Shown in pieces: positions 32,754 to 45,480 of a stretch of 64,000 bases of DNA (positions are counted from its first letter, which is position 1; each line of letters opens with the position of its first letter). The stretch is from Monocercomonoides exilis PA203 (Eukaryota; Protista; Preaxostyla): the NCBI GenBank assembly GCA_001643675.2, contig LSRY02000031.1, positions 496,001 to 560,000 of the forward strand. The letters are read 5' to 3'. The notes below the pieces were generated by a model, which was not told where the DNA came from, made no database searches, and was given only the letters and a program-made list of their open reading frames with translations. The translations under genes were made by a program, and so were the position numbers.

Positions 32754-35700
32754 ATGGGGCAAACCTCATCTCAGTCTCTCAAAGAATATCTTCAAGATAA
32801 CACAATATCGCTTCCTGATCAGCCAATCCAAGGCGTTGAAATTGGATTGCCCTTGTCCCTTCTAGAAAAAGTAAAATTTGATGAAGTGTTTGTTGTTTGG
32901 AGTACCAAAAGAGATGGAGAGGATTGGAAACGCGTTTCGCAAGGAAGGTTTAATATTGTTAAGGGTTTTTTTTGAAATGAAAGAATATTTTTTTATTAAA
33001 TTCATAGCTTTTATACTCCAACAAAAAATGATATTGGATGCTTATTGCGTTTGGAACTGTTTTACCAATTTTATACAGATGAAGCTGTTGAAAGTTTTGA
33101 AGATACGCAAGCGTTTGCGCAGCGTGAATCGGTTATCTTCCCACAAAAATATGCAAAAATACGGAAAAAACTATCATCAAACGATCAGACTCATTTTGAT
33201 CGAGTTATATTACACACACAGCCAGGTATTCCATATCCAACATATGCGGAAATGCGAACAACACTAATTCCAAATCAGGGTTATATCGAATTTACTCACG
33301 ACTCACTGGATGAGCTCCATTACCGCGCCACAAAATTCCAACCAGACTCCCAACGAAAGCCACGAATCCAGCCAGGAACAAACCTCCAGAGGTACTCACG
33401 GATAATGCAGGAGAGGAGGAGGAAGCTGCGAGCAATGACTGGAGGAATATTCCCCTTTGAGCCGCTCGATGAGCAGACGCAGGCTATGGTGATGGTGCCA
33501 CAAAATGACATCCTCTGTGCCTGGCACGGGAAGCTTGCATTTTCGTGTGTGTGTGCGAAAAAAGTGATTTCGCTGGAAGATGGCTGGCTGGCTGAGACGA
33601 TGCCTGCAGATTTCTATTATTACTATGTGCTGCTGAAGGAGAAGCTGGTGGAGGCAACGGGAGACCCAACTGCAGGCAAAGGAGGGAAAGGAGGAAAAGG
33701 AGGGGAAAATGGAGAAGTTAGCAAAAGAATGAATGAAAAGAAGAAGAATAATAATAAAAAGAGAACTAATTCACCTTCTCCTTCAAAATCTTCAAAAAGA
33801 AATTCATCATCATCATCTTCTTCCACTTCTTCCATTTCCTCCTCCTCCTCCTCTTCCACCTCTTCCTCTTCCTCTTCTTCCTCTTCCTCTTCTTCTTCTC
33901 GCCCCCACACCTATTCAGACGAATCTGCCTATGATGACACCTTTTTAGCGCTGAATCTGATCCAGCACACATATCAGCAGGACAATTCGTACATTTCTCA
34001 CCCAGCCAACCACTTCACAGTGCTTTCTTGGCATTGCTCTCCCCCTGCCATTCCTGTTGCCGTCACTCAGCAGTCTTCTCAACCTGCTCTTAATTTGTCT
34101 TCTTCTTCTTCTTATGCTTCTTATGCTTCTTCTTTTTCTTCCTCCTCTTCAAATTCTTATTCTTATTCTTCCATATCATCATCTTCTTCTTCCTCTTCTT
34201 CTTCCTCATTAGCAACTTCTCCCTCAATGCCCTCTTCCTCCTTCCCTTCTTCTCCATCTCCCTCTCCTTCTTCTTCTTCTTCTCCTTCCTCTTCTTCTCC
34301 CTCTTCTTCCTCTTCTCCTTATTTATCTGCTTCAAATACATCTTCCAAAGCCTTGTTCCCTTCCTCCTCCATCTTCACCCCTTCTTCCACTTATGTTTCT
34401 CCTTCTCTTCCTTCTCTTCCTTCTTCTCCTGCAACAAGCAAATTCTCTATCATTCCAACCTCTTCTGATTGCGTAAATAATGCTGGCAATGAAAATGCTA
34501 ACAAATCTTCATTTCCTTCTTCATTATCATCTCCCTCTTCCTCTTCTCTTTCTTCTTCTTCCTCTTCCTCTTCTTCTTCTTCTCCCTCTTCTTCTCTCTT
34601 CCCTCCCTCCAACAACATTTTCAACCAGCTCAACACATCACCAGCCCTTCCTTCCATTCGCCATACATCTCAAATGCTTTCACCTTCCCCTGTTTCCACC
34701 CCTCCTCCTCCTTCTCCTCTTCCTTTTCTTCCTTCTCTTCCTCCTCCTCAACATCATCCTCTTCTTCCTTCTTCTTCCTCTTCTTCCTCCTCTTCTCTTT
34801 CTTCTCTTTCTTCCCCCCCTCAATCTTCATTAACTTCCTCTTCTTCCTCATCTTCTTCTTCCTCCTCTTCTTCTCCTTTGTCTTCTCCTTCTCTCAAATC
34901 TTCATCTTTTCATCTTCATTCAAACATTCACTCAAAAACAGCTTCGTTCAACTCTTCCTCTAAATGGGAAGGATGTGGAAGCAGCATAACAACTAAAGAA
35001 AATTCATCATCATCGTCATCATCATCTTCTTCTTCTTCCTCAAAGAAAACAAAGAACAACAAAAACATTTCTTCTTCTCCAACTTTATCTTCTTCTCATT
35101 CTCATTCCACCTCTTCCTCTTCTTCTTCTTCTTCATCTCCTTCTTCTTCCTTCAGATTCTTCAAACGTTCTTCTTCTCTTGCTTCATTTGCCTCTGTCAC
35201 TTCATCCATTTCGTATACCCCTTCTTCTTCATCTTCCTCTTCCTCTTCTTCTTCAATCAATCCACCTTCTCCTCATACTCCTTCCTCTCTTTCCTCTTCT
35301 TCTTTATCACTTTCCTCTTCTTCTTCCTCCTCTTCCTCCTCTTCTCTTCCTCTCCCTTCCTCTCCTTCTGCCATCTCCTCCACACAACACACTCCTCATT
35401 CTTCTCCTCTCCCTTTTCGTTCCTCTCCTCTTTTCTCTCCAAACACTTTTTCTCCTCCTCAGCCTCCATTTCATCCTCAACAGCCTTCACACTCACTTCA
35501 GCAGCCTCAGCAGCTTCAGCAACAATATCGTTCTTCTCTTCCTCCTCTCCTTCTTCCCTCTCTTTCTCCTTCCTCTCCTTCATCTTCTTCTTTTTCTTCC
35601 TCTCCCTCTCCCTCTCCTTCATCATCATCTTCTTCTTCCCCCTCCTTCCTCCTCAGCCCCCCTCTCCACCCTCTCCCCTTCCCCCTCTCCTCTCCTCTCT

Positions 35701-38700
35701 GGCCTGTGCCTGCCTGGAACCTCCGCTGCGGAATGATCGCCTCGATGCTCCTCTCCTTCTGCCCAGACGTCATCTGCCTCCAAGGCGTGCCTCTGATTGG
35801 CGTAGACACATTGGCAAGAGCGCTGTTCCCTGTGTACAATGGATGCTGTGCGACGATTGTGCCGCCGTCGGTGCAGAGGTGTGCGAGGAGATGGAGCTAC
35901 AGAGAGAGGAAGAGGAAGAGGAACGGGAAGGGGAGGCTGGGGGAGGAGCTACCGGTGGTGGGGGGAGAGAAGGGGAAGGGGAAAGGGAAAGGGAAAGGAA
36001 AAAGGAATGAGAAGGAGAAGGTGAATGAGAAAGAGGAGGAAGATGAAATAGATGAAGATGAATTTGAAGACGAAGAGGAGGAAGAAGAAGAAGAGAATGA
36101 AGAAGATTTAGAAAGAGGTGATGATATTGAAAAACAAGAAAAGGAGACAGATTCATTTGACAGCAAAAATGACATCTCGACAAATGACATGAGACAAACA
36201 AGACAAGCACCAAGGCCGCTTCATTCGTCTCCTCATTCAACCAAAAATGGAATAAATGCGACCTCAAAACAAGCAAAACAAGCAAAAGAAATCAAACAAG
36301 AAAACACAAAAAACTCACAAAAATCTGTAAAACCTTCAAAATCTACAAAGCCTGTCAAACCCCCCGATTTCAGTTCCGAGAAGAGCAAAGCCAACGCGAA
36401 GCAGGCGAAAGTGCCAGAGGGCATCCACATTGTCGTTCTGCACTCTCTTCTCCCCTCTGCAGCCATCTTCCCTCAGTTCTGGGGAGACGATCCGTCTGCC
36501 CTGAAAGCGGTGGACTCGCTCAAACACGCCGAGCCATTTTTCGACCCAGATGAGGTGCCTCGCTCTTCTCCTGCGTATACGAAGGATCTGGCAGGGCAGA
36601 TGGAGAAGGCGCTGGCAGCAGACTCGATGTTCTATCAGACGGGGATGAATGGAGAAGGAAATTTAAGTGGAGGAGGAAGCGGAAATGCATATGGAAATGG
36701 AAGAGGAGGAGTCTATGGAAGAAGTGAAGGGAATGGTAACACTGGGTGTAATGATCAAGCTTATATGAATGGGAAAACAATAACTTCTCCTTCACAAAGA
36801 CAAATGGGAAATCATAGCAATTCAACAATGCTTGTGTCACCATCCAGAAATGCAATGGCTGGCAAGTCACATTCAGAAAGAGCTCCTTTATCATCTTCAT
36901 CGTTTTCTCCACCAGCTGTGTCATTGAATCATTCTTCTTCTTCTTCTTCTTCTTCCTCTTCCTCTTCCTTCTCCTCATCCCCTCCTTCCTCACCCTCCCC
37001 TCTCTGCTACTCCTCCTTCGTCAACTGCATCTTCTACAACCGCCGCCGTATTATCCAAGGAAGCCGGCCTCTCTCATTCAATCTCTTCAATTTGGCGCCT
37101 TCTGACTCGCTTTCCACGTCAGATGGGCTGCCCTTCCATTTTGTGGGCGAAAAAGCAGGTGTCCATTTGGATGGGTGCAAACCAGCGGTCAACAAGAGAG
37201 AGGCGCTGATGAGACTGAGATTGAACCAGGAGTTGGGGTTGTTGGGGGCTGGGAATGCGGAAGAAGAAAAAAGAGAAGGAGAAGGAGGAGGAGGTGGTGG
37301 TGGTGGGAAGAAAAAAGGGAAAGGGAAAAATGAGAAGGAGAAGGAGAAAGAGGCGGAAGGAGGAAGAAATACGCGGAATTCTGCTCAATCTCCAACAGCA
37401 ATGAATTCTTCTTCTTCTTCTTCTTCTTCTTCAAACTCTTCTCGTTTGTCCACTCCAACTTTCCCTTCTCAGCCAAACACTCCTTCTTCACTATCTTCTT
37501 CCTCTTCTTCCTCTTCTTCCTCTTCTTCCTCCTCCTCTTCGCCTTCCTCTTATTCATATTCTTCTTCTTCTTCTTCTTCTTCTTCTTCTTCTTCTTCTTC
37601 TTCTTCTTCTTCTTCTCTCTCCCTCTCTTCCCTCTCCTCCAAATCCTCCAGCGCAGCCCTTTCCTCTCTCCTCTCCTCCTCTCTCGACTCTTCCACTCTC
37701 TCACTCTCCTTCTCCACCTCCTTGCGAGCCCTCGGCCTTCTCTTAGAAGTGCTCCCTTCTCCCATCTACAACAGCAGCGACCAGTTTGTGTCTCAGTCTG
37801 ATGTGCTGTATGGAATGCGCTTTTTGTGCGATTTCTTAAGATTTGAGCAGGCAAAGAGAGGAAAACACGGGATGGTTCGGTTGGTGGTGAATGAGGCGTT
37901 GCTGATGAGGAATCCGAATCTGACTGGGATGATTGTGAAGCCAGACATCAACACTTTGAGGAGGGAAGGGGCGATTGTGGAGAGGGAGAGGGAGAAGGAG
38001 AGGGAGAGGAGGAGGATGTTGGCGGTGCTGGCGATGAAGAGGAAGGAGGAGGAAGAAAAAGAGATGGAGAGGAAGAAGAAGGAAGAGAGGGAGAGGTATT
38101 TGAAGATGAGGGAGGAAGAAAGGAGAAGAAGAGAAAAAGAAAAGTTGATGAAGATTGTGGAGGAGAGGAACAGAATTCAGAAGGAGAAGAAGGAGAAGGA
38201 AATGAGAGAGAAGGAGAAGGAGAAGGAGAAAGAGGAGAAAGAGAAAGAAGAGAGAGAGGAGAAAGAGAAAAAGAAAGAGAAAGAGAAGAATGAAGAAAAT
38301 AAGAACGAAGATAAAGTGACGGAGAAATCGAACGAAGGTGAATCAACTGAAAATAAAACTCAAACAGAGATGTTACAACCAAAAAATGGGAAAATGAATA
38401 AAAAGATGAAATTTAATGGCAAAAAAATTGTGAAGCTGAAAAAGAAAGACTCTTCAAAGGCAGACAAAATGAAGAAAGAACATGAGGAAAATGATGTTAT
38501 CCAAACAACAAACGAAAAGCAACAAACGGAGCAGAAGGATTTAAGCTTAGCACAACCAGAAGAAAAGATGGAAATGAAAGAAGGAAAAGAAGAGAAAGAA
38601 GAGAAAGAGGAGGGAAAAGCAAATAAATCTATTGAAGATTCAAATTCATTGACCACACAGCTTGTCTCAAATCCAATTTCTTGTGTAATTAATCAAAGTT

Positions 38701-41700
38701 CAACTTCAATCTCATCTACTTCACAGAAATCAATGAATTCCTCCTCTTCCTCCTCTTCCTCTTCTTCTATCTCATCTGAATCTCAAAACAATGATAAATC
38801 TTATTCTTCTTCAACACCTGGAAGACTCATAACAAGAACAGAAACATCTGCAAACAGCAAAATTGAATCAATTGTAGCAATGACACAAAAGCTGTCATCT
38901 GACACAACAGAAAAAGCTTCTATTTTATCAACTTCATCATCATCATCTTCTTCTTCTTCCTCTTCTTCTTCAATCAGCTCATCCAATCTGCTGATTCTTC
39001 AAAAACCAACACTCCAATCTTCTCTTAGTGAAATTCCCCGTTCAAATGTGATTTCTTCTTCGAACACTCTTTCTTCTCAGTCTTTCAGAGGTCGTTCTTT
39101 GACTTCTGAAATTCCAGCTAAACAGCTCCAAAACTCTGCTTCATTGACGCAAAGAACTAATCTTAGCTCTTCAACAGCATTAGCAGCAACAACTGCAACT
39201 ACAATTTCTTCAACGCAAATGAAGTCCAGACCAAACAGCAGATCTTCTTCTCTATCTTCCTCTTCCTCTCGCTCCTCTTCTCCTCTTCGTCTGCGTCCTC
39301 CTTCATATGTCCAGAAGTCTCTTCTCAACCTGCCTCACCACGCTGCCCACTATCTCCGCACATTTGCCCAGATCTCTTCTTCACACAGACACCACCTCTG
39401 CTCTAAACGTGTTCTTGTTACAAGCGCCTTATTCTTTGGCGACCCTTCCTTTGGAGACGATGCGCGGTTTGTGCAGATGTGGCACTTGTCGCAAAACATC
39501 CACAACATGCTGCTTGAGACGCAGACACAGAAGATGATCGACCCAACTGTCGAAGCAGCAGATGCACAAAAACACAAACAGCAGTTCGTTTCTGAGCAGA
39601 TTGACATTTTCTCAGCACTGATGCTCCCGCCGATGGCTCCTGAGGAACACAAAGAGTTCTTCAGAAAGAGAATGGAGCATCTCAATTTTCCACTCCCTCC
39701 TGTCTCCAGCACTACTCCTACCTCTCCATTCTACTCTCTCATCGGCTCTGGCTGCTCAAGCCAGATGTCGAATGACAGCATGGAATTGCCTCAGTCCACT
39801 CCTGATGCAGAAGAACAGCCAAATGACGAAACGAATCTGAACAGCGATCAGCCTGTTTCCACAAACAGAACAAACATCACACCTTTTTCACAGCTGGGCT
39901 CCTCTTACTCACGAGCTGTGTCTTCTCTTTCTCTGCCTGTGAACACATCTGCTTTGACAGAATACGACTTCCCTTCAACTTTGATTGGAAAGCCCAGAGC
40001 GCATCCACAGCAACAACTACAACAGCAGCAGCCATCGCCGTCTGCCTTGTTCCTCTCGTCCATCCCTCTTTCTGCACACACTTTTGACACCCGCATTCCT
40101 GTTGTCATCTGCGGCGACATTGCATCTGCTTCGCTATCCGCTCCTGCACTCAAACTGGCTATGGAAGGGATTGAATCCTCTGCCCACTCGTCCATTCGCA
40201 ATTCTCCACTTTTGCTTCCCTTTCTACGTCGCTATGCACTTTCTCCGCCTTTCCCTCCAATTACTCCGCTGAAGCCACAAATTGCCTCCCAGTTTCTTGG
40301 AAAGCCCTCAAATGGAACTTCTGGTTCTGGCTCTTCTCTTTCGTCCTTCTTCTCGCCTGTCTCGCTGACGACGTCTCAGCCAGGGAAAGTGTATGGGCTG
40401 TTTCCTACTCCACATGGAAGTGCTTTGAAGGTGACGTCTATTGAGATGAGGGACACGACGAGGAGGAAGCAGACAAGAGGGATGAGGAGATGGAAGATGG
40501 TAATGCATGAAAGAGAGAAGAGAGAAAGAGAAAGGGAGAAGACGAGGAGAATTTGGAGCGAAAGCATTGGAGTCATGGGAAAAGAACAGGAAAACGCGAG
40601 AACGCACAGAAAGGAGTGGAAGATGGAGCGAATGGAAAAGGACCAGAAAGACGAAGATGAAGAATTTTGTCGATGGAGAAGGAAGAAGAAGGAGTTGGAT
40701 GAGAGTGAAGATGAGCTGATGGAGTGGATTGAGAGAAGATTAAAAGAGAAAAGGAAGAAAGAGAGGGACGGAATGAAGAAAGGAGAATTGCTGCTTATAA
40801 AAGCAGAAAAGATGGAGAAAGAGAAAAGAAAAAAGGAAAGAAGGATCGAAAGGGAAAAGGAGAAAGAAGAGAAAAGAGAAAAGCGAATGAGAAGAGCCGA
40901 ATTAAAAGCAGCCGAACGAATGAAACGGAGAGAAGAGAAGAAACAAAGCAAACGAATGGAACATGCACAAACGCAAGGAGTTTCAAATGAAAATGCAGCA
41001 ATAAATAATGGAGCAGTAAATGAGAATATCAAAGAAGAGAGCAATGGCAGCAATGGACTAAAAGATCAAAGCAATGGAAGCAGCGTGCTCAGTGAACAGG
41101 AGAGTGCAGACATTGAGGCAGATGAGGATGAAGCCTCAGTCAACTCTGACATTGTTGATTTGAGCATCTTCCCAATCGCAGGCAAAGCTCACTTGGCGCC
41201 TCTGTGTGTGAATGGGATTACCTCTTTTCAATCGCTCTCCTCTTTTTTGATGACTCCGCCTTCGCCAAGTATGGCCTCAGAATCATCTGCACTGTGCCAG
41301 TCGCCTTCCTCTGCATTCATACGCTCTCCTCAACGTTCTGGTTCATATTCAATGCTGCCGCAGAGGATGCCTGCTCCTCAGTTGCCTGATGGACCAATCA
41401 CCGTGCAATTAACTTCAATGGCATCTTCTGAAAATGCAACTTATCCTTCATTAACACAGAAAAAGCCTTCGTTTGTTACATATTCAAAGGAGATGAATAA
41501 CTTTGCTGCTTCTGATGGAATGTCCGTATTTCAAGCTTCTCATTCTCAAAAGGCGCTTTGCAATCCTGTTGCTGTGAAGCATCAATCTGTCTATGGAGAT
41601 TCATATTCATCACAAGCTTTTTCATTGAATCGTATTCATGGAAAGATGGCAAACGGTGCATCTGATCACTTGAATGTCTCAGAACATAGCAACTATTTGC

Positions 41701-44700
41701 CATCTTTCCGAAATAGCACATATTCTCTTCTGAAGCTGTTGGAATATGATAGAAAGCTGGAGCCGCAGTGGGACTTCCTTTCACTCTCAAAGGCTGTTTC
41801 ACTGCCTATTATGCCTTCGAATTTGAGTCGGCTGCATCTGCGTCATCCTTTCGTGCGCTATGAGCTTCCGTACTCGCGTCCAGATTCACTTCCATTTGTG
41901 CTGGAGACACCACTCACTGGCTGCTCGACACAGTTCAGTACGCCTTTCTATAAGCGAATGATGGAGCTTCAGGAAAAAGTGGTTATGAATGCGCAGAAAA
42001 GAGTTGCACAGCAAAAGGAGGAGAGTGGAGTTGAGACAGCAAGTGAGACAAAGTCAGAAAATGTTCAAACATTTGACGTTAGCATTCCATCCAAAACAAT
42101 CACTGAACCACTAACAAAAAATGTTTCTCCGATTGCAGATGAAAAGAAGGTCTGTTTAAACGGAATATCAGCAAATGAGAATGCAAATACTCATTCAGCG
42201 AACGAAGAATGCACTCATTCATACAAAAAAAGCAGACCAGGGATGATTGAAGCTGGACAAAAGAAGGATCAGGAAGCAGAAAATTTCGTGGCCGAAGATC
42301 AAATTGGCAATGTTAATGAAATGACTCCACAAAAAACCGCAGAGACCCCACTTTCACAAAGCTGGAGTTCGGCACAGTTTTTGGCTTCTCCCACAACATC
42401 TCCAATGAAACCTTCAATTCGTCCATCGGCTGCTCAGCAAACAGAACCAAATGTGGCTCTTTCGACTGTCACATCAGGCACACAGCTTGCTGAATCACGT
42501 CCAAACTCTGTCTGCTCTTTTGAATCTTCTCATCACAGCCCATCTTTTTCATTCGAAGCCAATTCGCCAAGAAGCAGATCTCCTGCATGTACTTCTCCTT
42601 CTGTTGAAGTTACTTTTCAATCAAGTGTCGCAAAGACGAAACAAAAGAAAACCACAAAAGAGAACTTGGAAAGGGCAGTGACTTCTCCATCGTGTAATTC
42701 TGAAACTATAGATACATGTTCTGATGCATCAAAATCGCGGACAGCTTCTCCGTCTGCATCATTAACGAAATCTGAGAAAAAGAGTAAAACGAATGAAAAC
42801 TACGTCATTCCTTCGCAATCAGTTCTTGGCATCTGGTTTCTGCCTGCTTACACAACATCTGGAAATCATCATGTTTCTCCGTTCGTCCCATCTCTTCTGT
42901 CAAACAGCTGCGGATCCTGCTGGAGAAGCGAAGTTACACAACGGAGTGCAAAAACAGGGAAAGAGCGAGCACTATGGTATCTGGCTCAGCTGTCACATGC
43001 TCTGGAGCTGTGGGTAGAGAGTCCGTGTTCAGTGATGGGATGGGTGAGTGGGATGGATGGGGTGTTGGAATCAAAAAATGAAGAGGAGGAATCTGAGCTG
43101 GCAAAAGTGTCGGTTCGGATTTCTTCTCTTCTGTCGAGGAAGATTATCTTTTCGTCACTCCACTCAACTTGCAGAGATGCTTCTAATGTTGCTGACTGTT
43201 TATCAGTTTCAGTTGATTCCTTGTTCAAAACGATGCTTTCAAATCTTATAATTCCTTCATTTTCAACTGTGAGTTCCAAACCTTCTCTTTCCTCTTCTCT
43301 TTCACTCAGAACATATACAAGTCCTTCTTTTCGGGGAGATAAGCTTTCTTCTCCTGTTCTGGGCCTGAACGATTTTCAGTTTCAGGCTGGACAATTTGGG
43401 CCTCGCAGCTTGATGCAAAAGGGAGCTAATGCGCTGTCATCTCCTTTTCATGCACTTTCTCCAGTTGTTGATTTGCGTAGCTCTTGCCGCACACAGCTGC
43501 AGCAGCTTGAGGATTGGAGAGGTGCCACTTCGACTCCTTCTGCTCCTGGTGAAATTGAGACTTTTCCTCGGAATGCAGGTCTACCACTTTCTCAACTATA
43601 TTCAAAGCACATACCAAAACCAAAAGATAATGCAATTCTCTCGCAGAACAGAAGAGGCTCATTGGCTGGGATAAAGCACAAGCATCACAGAAACAATGGA
43701 AACCTCGAGCAGTTTATTCTGACAAAGAGATATCCTCACAAGCCTGTTTTGCTGTTTCGATCACCTCTTCTTCTGACAGATGCCTATTCATACATAGCTG
43801 CATCAACTACACAGCCATCGGTGCTGAAGAAACTGGGGATGCTTCACACAGGAAGCGGGATTGATGTGAGTGTGCTTCAGATGGCAGAAGCACTTATGAA
43901 AAACAAAAGCGGTGGAAATAGAACGAAAGCTGCATGGAAGTGGCTGGAGCTGAACAAGAAAGAGGTTGAGGTTGATCGAGCAGAAAATCTATTTGTGTCT
44001 TATTCAACTTGGAACAGAAATTCAGTGAGACCTTTGCTGCTTTCGCTGATGCAGCCCGTGCTTTATTCGTATCCATCAGATGTAATTCTGTCTTCTCCTC
44101 AACTTCATCCCATCCGCGTTTCTGTTGGACTGTACAACCCAGCAACGAAAGAGAAAGAAGCGTTTATCGGAAGAGAGAACAAAGTAAGGCAGGCAATGGC
44201 CGAAGAAAAAGCGATCAAATCGATGGAAAAGAGCAAAAAAGGATCATCTTCTCAGCGCTTTAATCCAGTCAAAGAGAAAATTGAAGCAATTCAGAAGCAA
44301 AAGAATGAAAATGGAGACATTCAGCCAAACGGTTTGTCATTAGATTTTACAAAATCATTTAGCGAGTCAGGAATGAAAAAGAAATCCGATCAAAAAAATG
44401 ATAATACAAAACGTCCTGGATCAACATCTTCAACAGGTGCTCCGGTAAATAATGATTCATCAAACAGAAAATTGCACGCTGACACCAAAATTAACTCTCC
44501 ATCTGTCCAAAGCATTCAGCAAAATACTCAGTCACCCGCTCTGCAAGTTCCAACACAGCAAGATTTGCGCATGTTGATATCTGCAGCTATCGCAGCTCAT
44601 CCACCTTTTGCAATTACTCTGTTCCCAACCTCTCATCGCCCTATAATCGCCACCTATCACCGTTTCTGGGAGGATCCTCATGGAGAGCCATTCCAAACAG

Positions 44701-44756
44701 AAGAGCAGCTTGCTGCCAATTTGGTGTGGAAGATGCGTACAATGGATAAAGACTAA
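32754..44756 (+). CDS. Giant (~3980 aa) CCR4/PDE12-like EEP-fold protein with degenerate active site: join(32754..32947,33008..44756)
   Basis: Intron 32948..33007 joins the ORFs in frame, giving SFYTPTKNDIGCLLRLE (PDE12/plant CCR4-like N-terminal motif). EEP motifs follow in canonical order: FTVLSWH, W.LR..PDVICLQGV, CIFYNR, VLVTSALFFGDP, IPVVICGDIAS, LTDAY, DVILSS, PTSHRPIIATY. Confidence 0.78.
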
Positions 44757-45480
44757 TTATTGTGATATATATACTGTTATTTTTGTTATCTTTCATTGTG
44801 TTTTCATCATTATTGTTATTTATTTTTATTCAATTAATATTTTACGGCTTTTTAAGATATGATTTTTGTTTTGCTTTGTATTTTCCATTAACATTCATTG
44901 CAACACAATTTTTCGCAACTTCGTGATAAATTTGATGTGCATTTGAAACTTTTCAATTTTCACTTTACTTATAAAATTGTAGTTTATAAAAGACAAATTG
45001 TTGTGAAAAACTACTGAACGTTTCAATGAGAAAAAAAATATGAAATAAAGAAATTAAAATAATCTCAAACATTAGACAAAACACGAAAAGAAATATGCGA
45101 CGATTCTATGAAAAAAAAACGTAATGTTGCTGGATTAATTATGACATGAGAAGTGTACGAACAGAAAAATTGTAATAAGGAAAAAATAAAAAAAAATAAT
45201 AACTCTGAATACTCAAGAAACCCAATCAAACAATAGCTAATTCTCTTCACAATTAAAACAAAAGCAAATAAAAGAAAATTCAATTACAAAGTCATCAAAA
45301 AAAATATTTCTAGGAATTACAATAACAAGTTAACTTCGCTCCAATATTGAGACACTTCGAATCAATGATAATAATTACAACTGCTTCCATTCCACTCCAT
45401 CTCAAACTTTTAATAATCTTTCAATGTAATACCCAACATTGATCCCATCTGCGCTTTTGCCTTTGATAATGTTTTATCCC

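Noticed and set aside
33600-41100. Many overlapping poly-E, poly-L and poly-R ORFs (also at 28700-30650 and 54500-63500)
   Set aside because: Alternative-frame or antisense readings of purine/pyrimidine microsatellite tracts.
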